Source: Meyerozyma guilliermondii
Lineage: Eukaryota
Length of the DNA stretch: 64,000 nt
Reading direction: 5' to 3'
NCBI GenBank assembly: GCA_051546255.1
Contig: CP128815.1
Span: forward strand, 1 to 64,000
Of the stretch, positions 35,986 to 45,704 are shown piece after piece; the stretch's first letter is position 1, and each line of letters starts with the position of its first letter. Position numbers and translations under genes: made by a program. Below the pieces are notes generated by a model, which was not told where the DNA came from, ran no database searches, and saw only the letters and a program-made list of their open reading frames with translations.

Positions 35986-37038
35986 TTACCTCTTTCTTGT
36001 GTTGGCGGTATACTCTTTTTCAATTTCTTCGACCAAGGTTCCTACCATATAAGCTGCACCATATGAAAAGGCATAGCCTTTACCATTGAATCCATAAGCA
36101 TGAAGGATGTACTTGTTCTTCGCAACCTGTTCTTTTTCCAATCTAAACCCTCCTTTTCTAGCAGGTCTTATTCCAACGACATAACCCGCAATATCAGGCG
36201 CTTTTGAAATCACCTCAGGTGCGAGCTTATGAGCTCTTCTGATTTCATCCTCAACAATTTCCATATCAATGTCAGCGTGAGTTTTATTGGGTTCATTCAC
36301 ACCTCCACAAACCACTACCCCAGAGAGTGGCCGAGGTATTACATATGTATACTCTTCACCGCTACGACTAAACCCTTTGTCAGTTTTCGTCCGAACAAGC
36401 ACATTTTGTCCTCGATTGGGATAGCATTTATCATCTTCCAACCCTTTGATTGTCATAGGTCCAATTCCAGATGCGTTAACAAAAACGATACTATCTTCGT
36501 AGTCTTGATAGAGCTCATCCATGGATGCAATTGATCTGCAAATAAAGTGGCCGCCAAGGTTTTCAATCTCTTGTTTTATGAATTTGAGATAACGACGAGG
36601 CTCGATTGCTAATGTTTCATACTCACAACCATATTCAAACCCAGTACCCTCATATTTTGATTTTTCCATATCTCTGAACTTTGGATTTACTCCCTTAAAC
36701 CATAGGTCCAGATCCTTGGGTTTTTTCTCAAAATATTCATCTAATTGAATAACACATACTCCACATTCAGGACTATTGAAGTTGTCACTCTTGAACCGGC
36801 GGTATGATACTGCCTCTAGATAACGATGGAGATCGTTAGGTAAGTCTGGAGCACCATGCCACAATGCACCAGCCCAGGTTGACGCATACCATATATCTTC
36901 GTCGCCAGGAAGATGTTTGGCAACAATCGTGACTTGAAATCCCTGCTGCAATAAGGTTCTTGCGGTGACACAACCGATAATTCCAGCACCTAAAACGACA
37001 ATTCTTCTTTCCTGAAATGGACTGCTACCTAATGACAT
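35986..37038 (-). CDS. D-amino-acid/D-aspartate oxidase family flavoprotein
   Basis: IVVLGAGIIG, YASTWAGA, VNASGIG, YPNRGQ, TYVIPR, VGIRPARKGG.R, HAYGFNG.GY..SYG. First ATG at 37038. Confidence 0.92.
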   Translation of the reverse strand: MSLGSSPFQERRIVVLGAGIIGCVTARTLLQQGFQVTIVAKHLPGDEDIWYASTWAGALWHGAPDLPNDLHRYLEAVSYRRFKSDNFNSPECGVCVIQLDEYFEKKPKDLDLWFKGVNPKFRDMEKSKYEGTGFEYGCEYETLAIEPRRYLKFIKQEIENLGGHFICRSIASMDELYQDYEDSIVFVNASGIGPMTIKGLEDDKCYPNRGQNVLVRTKTDKGFSRSGEEYTYVIPRPLSGVVVCGGVNEPNKTHADIDMEIVEDEIRRAHKLAPEVISKAPDIAGYVVGIRPARKGGFRLEKEQVAKNKYILHAYGFNGKGYAFSYGAAYMVGTLVEEIEKEYTANTRKR

Positions 37039-37242
37039 TCTTATGCCTCCAAGGTGCCGCGGCCATCTTATATTCACTATGCGCGCTTCCTAATTCGGAA
37101 GGTGATACGATGCATACCAGCTAATACGACTCGATTAGATACGGTTTATCCGTTTTAACATTAATTCTCACTAATCAATATGCCGAAGTCTATAGAGTAT
37201 AGATTACATCCTGCTGTTTATTGGCAATTTCTCCTTCCCAGA

Positions 37243-37256
37243 GTGTACTGGTGTAC
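37243..37256 (+). repeat. Internal telomere-like 14-mer GTGTACTGGTGTAC (candidate Rap1 site)
   Basis: Exact 1.75 copies of the telomere repeat, G-rich on +, in the DAO/ATG22-B divergent intergenic region. Confidence 0.6.
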
Positions 37257-37683
37257 AAGACTGAATAGGTGAATATATGAAGAAAGCTACAAGAAAGTAG
37301 ACTAAGAAAGAGAAGGAATACACACTCTTTGTAATTGAACAAACCTAAGGAATGAACCTAAGGTAGCTTTTTACTGAAGGTAGAACTTATGGCTTATTCT
37401 ATATCTCGCCTTCAGTTGCCCCGATGGCCGTAGGTGAGTTCCTGAAGGTGTACAGACCCAGAAGGAGAAGGCGACCGGGCCGGACTCCAGGGATTTCGGG
37501 CGATAATTGCCATTGTTTCAACTAGATCTCTGCTCCACCTGAATTTCGCAGCCAACTGGATTTGGCTGCAGATAGCGCATTGATAAGGGTACATGCAGTA
37601 CTCACATCTGAGTGGACGCTCAATTGCAAGGCCGAGTCATGAGGGAAAAACTATAAAATGGTACCACTCCGGTGAATGCTCTA

Positions 37684-39312
37684 ATGAGTTTTGAAGAGGA
37701 AAAAAAGAACCAGCAAGTAGAGGTGGACATAGAGGAGGTCAATTCTCAAGCTCCCGCTTTGGTTGTGCAAAATAAAGACGGCGAAGAATTAAAGCGGGCT
37801 CATATTGTAGATCAACCAACAACTACAAAATGGGAAGTTTTCATGTATGCACTCTACTACTTTGGAAATAATTCTTCCGGCCCCTCTTCTTTCACGCCCA
37901 CCCAGTATCAGAACTTGTTGAGTCAATCTGGTTGGATAAAAGGAAACCGGAAAGCTTCATGTTCGGATGATCCCAACGGACTGTGTGTGGTTTCGTTTGC
38001 CGGTACGACCAAGACAGTGAATTCGGTGGTGTTACTTAACCTGGGCATTGGTTTTGCATTGCAATCGGTGGTTTTCTTGTTTCTTGGAGGTTTGTCCGAT
38101 TATGGCCAATATGGTTCTTGGGTACTTATAGGCCTTTCGTTGTTGAGTTGGGGAGTTCAATTGGGCTTCTTGGGTGTTCATGATGGAAGCAAACACGAAG
38201 CAGCTTTTGCATTGAGTGTGCTTGCCTCGTTAGGGTACCATGGATGTCAATCTTTTTGGACGGCCATGTTTCCACGTTTGGCAAGAAACTTGCCAAAGAC
38301 AAGAGAAGCAGAAGAAAAAATGCTCAATGGCACAATTCTGGAATCTGAGTATCACAGTGTTGACTCTTACTATCGTAACAAAATCTCAAATTACAGTTTT
38401 GCATTTTCCATGGTTGGTTTCGTGCTCGTGTGTGCCATTTCAATTGGCATTTTGAAGGGCATGGATTCTACCGCCAGTGATGCGAACAACAATTGGTCTA
38501 TGTCCATCTGTATTATGACTGCAACAGTGTGGTGGATCGTATTTGGTACTCCTTGGTTCTTCACCGAAAAGAAAAGAGTCAATGAAAAGTTACCCGAAGG
38601 TGTGAGCTACTGGACCTTACCCTTTAGACAATTGGTATATGCGTTCAAGAGTTTTGTGAAGTTGAGGCAAACTGCGTTATACTTGTTCTCCTACTGGTTG
38701 TTGGGTGATGGCTTGAACACCTCTATAAGGCTTCAATCGACTATTCAGAACGAAGTGATATCTTACGATATGGTCACTTCCATGTACATGAACTTTCTTA
38801 ACGGTGGCACCAGCATAGTAGGTGTGTTAATGTTCTGGTGGCTCCAGAAAACCTTCAAAATTTCCACGAGAAACATGTACATTTTGTGCTCTATTTTCAT
38901 TACGTTGTTTCCACTTTACGGATTGATTGGAACCTGGACAAACAAAATTGGTTTCCATAACGTTTGGGAAAATTGGTTCTACAACGCCTACTATGGTTTG
39001 CTCATTAATCCGTATTATGTATATTCATCAACAATGATGAGTGAAGTTTGTCCAAGAGGAAGGGAATTTGTGTTTTTCGCCATTTTCAGCACTATTAACA
39101 AAACCTCAAGTTTAATTGGACCTTTTGTTTCCTCCGCCATCATTGAAGACACGGGAAACAATAATACTGGGTTCTCCTTCCTTGTGGCAATATGCATCTT
39201 GTCGTTGGTGTCCTCATGTTTCTTGGATCAAGACAAGGCAAGAGTTCAGTCTGAGGAGTTTTTACTCGAGGAACAAAGACGGATAGCGTATGGTGAGTCG
39301 CTCATATTCTAA
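37684..39312 (+). CDS. ATG22-like MFS transporter, copy B (542 aa)
   Basis: Colinear, same-length paralogue of copy A (31539-33167). First ATG at 37684. Confidence 0.85.
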   Translation: MSFEEEKKNQQVEVDIEEVNSQAPALVVQNKDGEELKRAHIVDQPTTTKWEVFMYALYYFGNNSSGPSSFTPTQYQNLLSQSGWIKGNRKASCSDDPNGLCVVSFAGTTKTVNSVVLLNLGIGFALQSVVFLFLGGLSDYGQYGSWVLIGLSLLSWGVQLGFLGVHDGSKHEAAFALSVLASLGYHGCQSFWTAMFPRLARNLPKTREAEEKMLNGTILESEYHSVDSYYRNKISNYSFAFSMVGFVLVCAISIGILKGMDSTASDANNNWSMSICIMTATVWWIVFGTPWFFTEKKRVNEKLPEGVSYWTLPFRQLVYAFKSFVKLRQTALYLFSYWLLGDGLNTSIRLQSTIQNEVISYDMVTSMYMNFLNGGTSIVGVLMFWWLQKTFKISTRNMYILCSIFITLFPLYGLIGTWTNKIGFHNVWENWFYNAYYGLLINPYYVYSSTMMSEVCPRGREFVFFAIFSTINKTSSLIGPFVSSAIIEDTGNNNTGFSFLVAICILSLVSSCFLDQDKARVQSEEFLLEEQRRIAYGESLIF

Positions 39313-39583
39313 TAGAGCTGTTTAGATTGATTTAAGTAGATGGCCAGGCGCTACTAATTTTCAAAAAATAAGATATTCCGTACGGACAAGCCCACGAGTG
39401 CACCAGTCCATCAACTTATAGTACATAGAGGTCGAGCAAATCCGAATAGTGGGCGGAGAGCAGCATATCGTAGCTTCGATCCCCTTTTGCTGGCTAGTCT
39501 ACTGCTCCTTCGGTTTTTTTCTTGTCTACCTTTTGACTTTTGCAACTTTACGAATGGTTGCAAAATTTGAAAATTTCATTATT

Positions 39584-40597
39584 TTATGAACACTCTCCAT
39601 TCTGTGGGATTGGTCGTTCCTTCGGCACCGTCACAAGACCCTTGGCCTCCTTGGTTTTCATCTGAATAACGCAAAGGAGGTTATAAATCAATTCTAAATT
39701 GGGGCAAGAAACATTGTTCCTTTTCGCAGTTCTAACGGCATTTCCACAGATGACTTCTGACTCGATATAGTTTCCCTTACGAAGGTCAACCAACATGGAA
39801 GGAGAATAATAGATCCCGTCGTCTGAACGAATCATAAAATCCATAATGTCTTCTGGAAGATCAACCCCATCAGATTTTGCAATTGCCAACACTTCTCTCA
39901 TGGCGCTTCTGACCATGGAATCAACTCCTCCAAAAAGTTCGAGTCTTCCCACATCGACTCCAGTCAAGGTACAAATTGAATTGAGGGTAGCATTATATAC
40001 CAACTTGCGCCATCTGGTGTACTTGACATCTTCATCGTAGGTGCATTCATTCTTTCCATTCAGGTATATTGACACAAACCTTTCACTGGCATTTTTTTGA
40101 GATTCAATACTCAAATTTTCGTTTATAAAATAGCCAATTTTCAACGAATCCTTACCCTCGTGATGAATGAAACCATTGTGGTTTGTAGACGAAATCATAC
40201 TAACTCCACTCAAAACAACATTTTTCGGATACCTCTTGATAACGTCAGCACCAATATCAACTCCATTTTGAAGCAAAACTATGGTGGAAGTTTCGGAAAC
40301 AAGTGGTGCTACCAAATCTTCCACTTTGAAAATGTCAGGGAGATTTTTCGTGGTGACCAAAATATACTCAAAAGGACCATATTCCACAGCTTTTTCAACG
40401 CTATCAACTACATTAGTAGGTTTAAACGACTCAACATGGCCATAATCACATGAGTCAATTTTGTATCCTTTGTTCACCACAACATTATAATCAGACCTAA
40501 CCACCGCAGTGACGGAAGCTTTACCTCCCAACTCTAGCCCATAAGCTGCAATGGTGCCAACACCTCCAGAACCAATTAGTACAATGTTACTTTTCAT
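39584..40597 (-). CDS. Ketopantoate reductase (ApbA/PanE) family oxidoreductase
   Basis: LIGSGGVG, LVTTKN, VLLQNGV, RWRKLVYNA, YSPSMLVD, ESEVICGN. Confidence 0.9.
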   Translation of the reverse strand: MKSNIVLIGSGGVGTIAAYGLELGGKASVTAVVRSDYNVVVNKGYKIDSCDYGHVESFKPTNVVDSVEKAVEYGPFEYILVTTKNLPDIFKVEDLVAPLVSETSTIVLLQNGVDIGADVIKRYPKNVVLSGVSMISSTNHNGFIHHEGKDSLKIGYFINENLSIESQKNASERFVSIYLNGKNECTYDEDVKYTRWRKLVYNATLNSICTLTGVDVGRLELFGGVDSMVRSAMREVLAIAKSDGVDLPEDIMDFMIRSDDGIYYSPSMLVDLRKGNYIESEVICGNAVRTAKRNNVSCPNLELIYNLLCVIQMKTKEAKGLVTVPKERPIPQNGECS

Positions 40598-41137
40598 AAT
40601 GCGAAATTTCGGAGATTTCGCTCGATTAAATACGATAAGCGGCTTGTCTCAAAAGGGAAGTTAGCGATTTGCAATCTAATTAGATATTTTGAATTTTCGG
40701 AACAATGAGCCCATAGAGGGCCCAGGTCTATAAACACGAGTAGCACTGGCACTAGCCAGAGAGAAAAACATCATAAGTACCTTTTTGACAAACTTTGAAA
40801 ACCTTAACAATTTCTTAGTGCCGGGTGCAATATGCTGATATAATGAGGTTACTATAAGATGCCACAGTATTAGAATTGAACTCACCAACGTGGCCGGCCA
40901 ATTCGGTGGTCACAGCTGATGTTCTGTTCTAAAAACATCTAGATCAGAAGTCATCGGAAGAAAGGCTTTTCCGAGCGTGTGGCTCTTATGAGGCCGTGTG
41001 ATGAATTGAGTTTGAAATGTAACTGGTGATACCATGACTATCAAATTTCTTTTGCGAGCAGAAAAGAACATGAGAATGCTTCTTGAAACTCATTTCTCTG
41101 TTGGCAAGTAGATCACGTTAATCTGATTTTCCATCTC

Positions 41138-41917
41138 TCATTTCACCAACGAATCAACCAACGATTCGGGGACATCGCACAATTGGACCTCCAACGTTCC
41201 GAGCAAATAGAACAGGTCCAACTTTGGATTGTAAGATAGTTCAATTGCTTTGTCGAGGTGCTCTTTCGTAATAGCCGGTCCAAATGGAGTGGCACAAAAA
41301 TAGCGTGCCAATGCAAATGTCAAGACTTGAAAGTTTGCATGGTCTGGCTTTAGGTGAATAATCAAGTAGATGAGAACTTCACTTATTCCAAGAGTATCTC
41401 GAGGAAGCAATGTGCATTTGAGCCAACTCGTGGGAATCCTTTCTTCCCCCACGGCTTTCATCTGAGCATAGTAAAGTGATGGTAACGTTCGGCCATACAT
41501 TTCCAAATATTCGAAATCATGATTGGGAGAGTGACGTACCTCCTTGTCAGATATGAAAGATTCTAGACATTCTATCAACTTCTTGCAAATTCTCACTAAA
41601 ATGAACTCTTGATCCTGGTACAATCGTTTATCATTGATATTGTATCTGGTTAAAAATTCGTTCAACAGAATAGTTTCACCAACTTTTGGCGAGTAATCTT
41701 CAATCATTTTTTTCAATTCAACATTAGTTAATGTGTTATGTTCCAAAATTTCGCAGCCATGTAGTGCTGCAATCTCATTTTCGAGCCGTGCATTTTCTCG
41801 CTCTAAAGCTTCGACTTTGGCTTCAAGAAGATTGAAACGCTCAGCATTCCGCATACGTAGCTTCTGCTGCGACTGGCGCATCCGTTCCAACCTCTTTTCT
41901 CTCTTTTCATCAATCAT
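41138..41917 (-). CDS. Atypical Yap-like bZIP protein, copy 1
   Basis: Basic region KRLERMRQSQQKLR plus leucine zipper; C-terminus (TLGISEVL..H..LTFALARYFCATPFGPAI..HLDKAI) resembles the Yap/PAP1 C-terminal domain. Confidence 0.8.
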   Translation of the reverse strand: MIDEKREKRLERMRQSQQKLRMRNAERFNLLEAKVEALERENARLENEIAALHGCEILEHNTLTNVELKKMIEDYSPKVGETILLNEFLTRYNINDKRLYQDQEFILVRICKKLIECLESFISDKEVRHSPNHDFEYLEMYGRTLPSLYYAQMKAVGEERIPTSWLKCTLLPRDTLGISEVLIYLIIHLKPDHANFQVLTFALARYFCATPFGPAITKEHLDKAIELSYNPKLDLFYLLGTLEVQLCDVPESLVDSLVK

Positions 41918-41947
41918 GGTAGTTTTTCAGTTGTACTTTTGAATGTC

Positions 41948-42024
41948 TTAGTAATGTGAATCACCATTTTCGCGCATGAATCACGATGTTCGGGTGTGAA
42001 TCACGATTTTTGGATGTGAATCAA
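41948..42024. promoter_or_regulatory. Yap site TTAGTAA followed by four (G/A)TGAATCA(C) sites at about 20-bp spacing
   Basis: TTAGTAA 41948-41954; sites at about 41955, 41976, 41995 and 42015. Confidence 0.7.
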
Positions 42025-42163
42025 CTCCGACTAACAAAGAGGAGCACAATCCGCTGTTCTGGTGATGTACCACGAGCGATTGCTGCAAAAATGGGTTCCA
42101 CTTAATAAGCCCACTTAATAAACCCCTGTAGTATAAATAGATGGAACAACCCAGTTCTCTCCA

Positions 42164-42961
42164 ATGACTTCGTATTTTGTGACTGGAACTTCCAGAGGAA
42201 TTGGTTTGGGTTTGGTCAAGGAAATCTTGAAAAGCCCAAACGCTACTGTTTTTGCTCTTGTTAGAGGTTCTTCCAACACTGACGAGTTGAAAGCTATCAA
42301 GTCTTCCAGACTTCACATTGTGACTGCTGATATTTCCAACACATCTGAAGTCGATGAAGTAGTTAAGCAAGTTGAAAAAATGACCAGCTCGTTGGATGTG
42401 ATTATCTTGAACGCTGCGTTCCCTATGTCAGACTTCAAAACCCCTTTGCAATTAACCGAGACCCCAGAAGCTTTCAAGGAGTTCGTTGAAGAGTCAAACA
42501 AGATCATGTATGTCAACACCTATTCTCAACTTTATGTGGCCAACAAGTTTCGTCCCTTGCTCTCCAAGGGAGAAAAAAAGAAGATTGTTTTCGTATCTTC
42601 TGGTCTCGGCCATGCTGGTTGGGTTTATAAGGGAGGTCAGCATTACATGACGTCTTATGCTTCCAGTAAAGCGGCTCTTAACCTCATCGTTGCTCAACTC
42701 GGTGCTGTTCTCAGAAGCGAAGGATTCACCGTGCTTGGACTCTGTCCCGGAATTGTCAACTCCGGTCGGTTAGCCGATGAGGAAGTCGAACAAACCTACG
42801 GAATTTTCTTTTCGGGCGCCAGAAGAGTCAACCCTACATTCAAGGGAATTTTGCTGTTGGAAGAGGCAAGTACCAGATTCATGCAAGCGGTTGAGTTCTA
42901 CGGCCCAATGTCCAACGGAAGATTCATTAGCGCCAACGGAACCGACGATGTGTTTGCTTAG
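42164..42961 (+). CDS. Short-chain dehydrogenase/reductase (YKL071W/Osi1-like), copy 1
   Basis: TGTSRGIG, LDVIILNA, VSSG, YASSK, LCPG.V. Confidence 0.9.
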   Translation: MTSYFVTGTSRGIGLGLVKEILKSPNATVFALVRGSSNTDELKAIKSSRLHIVTADISNTSEVDEVVKQVEKMTSSLDVIILNAAFPMSDFKTPLQLTETPEAFKEFVEESNKIMYVNTYSQLYVANKFRPLLSKGEKKKIVFVSSGLGHAGWVYKGGQHYMTSYASSKAALNLIVAQLGAVLRSEGFTVLGLCPGIVNSGRLADEEVEQTYGIFFSGARRVNPTFKGILLLEEASTRFMQAVEFYGPMSNGRFISANGTDDVFA

Positions 42962-43370
42962 ACTTGCTTAGACCATAGGTATTCGCTTAGGAAGCTAGGA
43001 ATAAAGCCGGAGCTAAAAGAGATGTAATTAAGGTAAGAAATTAATTCTCATTTTTTGCAGCCGCAGCTGATGAATTAGCCGAGACGAATCGTCGTTGGTG
43101 TTCAGTCATGTTCTGGCAGGATTACAGTAATTTCTGTAAATTTCAAGCAATTCGTGGCCTTATCTTTGGTGCCGACAAATAAAAGTGGTCAATTAGCGTA
43201 ATTCTAGAAACAGACGAACTTCTTACCAAGAACTTGCTCTCGTTCCAATTAGTATCCCTGTTAATGTTCTTGAAAATTATTCTTCGCTACTATGTTAATG
43301 GCATTAAGGCTAGAAGTGATAAGTTTGAGTATGGTGGACCCTAGTATTAGAGACTTGTTTCTTGCTTTTT

Positions 43371-44150
43371 TCACTTCACTAACGAATCAACCAAAGACTC
43401 GGGTACATCGCACAATTGGACCTTCAATGTTCCGAGCAAATAGAACAAGTCCAATTTTGGATTGTAAGATAGTTCAATTGCTTTGACAAGGTGCTCTTTC
43501 GTGATAGCCGGTCCAAATGGTGTGCCACAAATATAACGTGCCAATGCAAATGTCAAGACATGAAAGTTTGTATGGTCTGGCTTTAGGTGAATATTCAAGT
43601 AAATGAGAACTTCACTTATTCCAAGAGTATCTCGAGGAAGCAATGTGCATTTGAGCCAATTCGTAGGAATCCGCTTCTCCACCACGGCTTTCATCTGAGC
43701 ATAGTAGATTGAAGGTAAGCTTCGACCATACATTTCCAAATATTTGAAACTGTGATTGGCAATGTGAAGTACCTCTTTGTCAGATACAAAGGCTTCTAAA
43801 CAATGTATCATCGTTTTGCAAATATTCACCAAAATAAACTCTTGATCTTGGTACAACCGCTTATCATTAATATTGTTTCTGATTATGAATTCGCTCAACA
43901 GGATAGTTTCACCAACATTGGGCGAGTAAACGTCAATCATCTTTTTCAAATCAACATTGGTTAAAATGTACTGTTCCACAGTATCGCAATCTACTAGTGT
44001 TGCAATCTCTTTTTCAAGTTCCGCATTTTTCACTTTTAAAGATTCGATTTCTGATTCAAGAGAGTTGAAACGTTCAGCTTTACGCAAACGTAGCTTATGC
44101 TGCGACTGCCGCATCTGTTCCAACCTCCTTTGTCTCTTTTCATCTAGCAT
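43371..44150 (-). CDS. Atypical Yap-like bZIP protein, copy 2
   Basis: Same length (259 aa) and colinear with copy 1; basic region RRLEQMRQSQHKLR. Confidence 0.8.
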   Translation of the reverse strand: MLDEKRQRRLEQMRQSQHKLRLRKAERFNSLESEIESLKVKNAELEKEIATLVDCDTVEQYILTNVDLKKMIDVYSPNVGETILLSEFIIRNNINDKRLYQDQEFILVNICKTMIHCLEAFVSDKEVLHIANHSFKYLEMYGRSLPSIYYAQMKAVVEKRIPTNWLKCTLLPRDTLGISEVLIYLNIHLKPDHTNFHVLTFALARYICGTPFGPAITKEHLVKAIELSYNPKLDLFYLLGTLKVQLCDVPESLVDSLVK

Positions 44151-44174
44151 AGTATCAGAAGTATTTTGGATGTC

Positions 44175-44341
44175 TTAGTAATGTGAATCACAATTTCGGT
44201 GTGAATCACAATTTCGGTGTGAATCACAATTTCGCGTGTGAATCACAATTTCGGTAAAAACCACTATTCTCCGTGTGATTATCTCCGTGTGAATCACATT
44301 TCGCGGCCCAAATTCTCCTGGAAATTCTTCTGTGATTCACA
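44175..44341. promoter_or_regulatory. Yap site plus four tandem 18-bp TGTGAATCACAATTTCGG units and two further TGTGAWTCACA palindromes
   Basis: TTAGTAA 44175-44181; units at 44182, 44200, 44218, 44237; extra palindromes at 44288 and 44331. Confidence 0.8.
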
Positions 44342-44414
44342 GCATCGACCTAAAATGCTTGCCACTTATTAAGCCAATGTAGTATAAATAGATCAAAATA
44401 CTCTCTTCTTACCA

Positions 44415-45212
44415 ATGACATCGTATCTCGTTACTGGAGCTGCTAGAGGAATTGGTTTGGGTTTGGTCAAGGAAATATTGAAAAAACCTGACACTACTGT
44501 TTTTGCACTTGTTAGAGGCTCTTCCAAAATCGACGAGTTGAAAGCTATCAAGTCTTCAAGACTTCATATTGTAACTGCCGACATTTCTAACCCCTCTGAA
44601 GTCGATGAGGTTGTTAAGCAAGTTGAAAAATTGACCAGCTCATTGGATGTGATTATCTTGAGTGCTGCCCTCCTTGAGATCAGCCTCAAGACACCATTGG
44701 AGTTGACAGAGTCTCCGGAAGCTTTCAAGGAGTTTGTTGAAGAGTCAAACAAGATCATGTATGTCAACACCTATTCTCAACTTTATGTGGCCAACAAGTT
44801 TCATCCTTTGCTTTCCAAGGGAGAAAAAAAGAAGATTGTTTTCGTATCTTCTGGTCTCGGCCATGGCGACTGGGTATATAAGGCTGGCCATCAACGCTTG
44901 ACGGCTTACTCAATGGGTAAGGCTGCTCTTAACCTCATGGTTGCTCAACTCGGTGCTACGCTTAGACACGAAGGATTCACTGTGCTTGCTCTCTGTCCCG
45001 GTATTGTCAATTCCAGTAGAGCACCCCTCGAAGAAGTCGAGGAAAACTATAAAATTTTCTTTGATGCCGCCAGAAGAGTCAACCCTACATTCAAGGGAAT
45101 TTTGCAGGTGGAAGAAGCATGTACCAGATTCATGGAAGCTGTTGAGTTCTATGGTCCTATGTCCAACGGAAGGTTCATTAGCGCCAATGGAACCCACGAC
45201 GTATTTGCTTAA
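44415..45212 (+). CDS. Short-chain dehydrogenase/reductase, copy 2
   Basis: TGAARGIG, YSMGK; 265-aa colinear paralogue of 42164-42961. Confidence 0.9.
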   Translation: MTSYLVTGAARGIGLGLVKEILKKPDTTVFALVRGSSKIDELKAIKSSRLHIVTADISNPSEVDEVVKQVEKLTSSLDVIILSAALLEISLKTPLELTESPEAFKEFVEESNKIMYVNTYSQLYVANKFHPLLSKGEKKKIVFVSSGLGHGDWVYKAGHQRLTAYSMGKAALNLMVAQLGATLRHEGFTVLALCPGIVNSSRAPLEEVEENYKIFFDAARRVNPTFKGILQVEEACTRFMEAVEFYGPMSNGRFISANGTHDVFA

Positions 45213-45449
45213 ATAGATAATGCAAAAACCTCCTAAAAACCAAATGAGAAAAGTTAATTTTCGCGCGATTTTGCAGCCGCGGCTGATAAGAAATATTCAA
45301 AGCGAGATTCAAAGTACGATTCGTAAATACATGTTTTGGTGACCACAATCTGTTGATTCAGTTCCATTGATTACATTCTGTTGAGTATATTCTCAAGGTG
45401 ACATCCCGCTGACCAATTTGCTGAAATCTTCATAAACTAATATTTTCAC

Positions 45450-45704
45450 CTATTCCTTTGGCTGAGCCATTGGTTCCTTTCGTCCATCAGGATATAAAAT
45501 GTACCACACTCCTTCCTCAAATACCGTAGCTGGCTGTCCACTTTTATGAGCATCTTTGGCTACTTGGTCAAGGAATTCCTTTTTGTTTTTTTCAAACTTT
45601 TCTTCTTTTTTCTTTTCTCTGTCCAATTGAGCCTCGAGGATCTTTATATGTACCGAATCCTTTGCATCTGCAAGCTTGTCTTTCAAGTTACTGAACCTGC
45701 CCAT
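45450..45704 (-). CDS. Small highly charged hypothetical protein (84 aa)
   Basis: ATG at 45704; K/E-rich helical segment then GVWYILYPDGRKE; overlaps no other gene. Confidence 0.55.
   Translation of the reverse strand: MGRFSNLKDKLADAKDSVHIKILEAQLDREKKKEEKFEKNKKEFLDQVAKDAHKSGQPATVFEEGVWYILYPDGRKEPMAQPKE

Noticed and set aside
37078..37671. Telomerase RNA gene, with the 14-mer as template on the minus strand
   Set aside because: Only about 200 nt separate it from the DAO start on that strand, too little for the pseudoknot, three-way junction and Sm site, and I see no Sm site.
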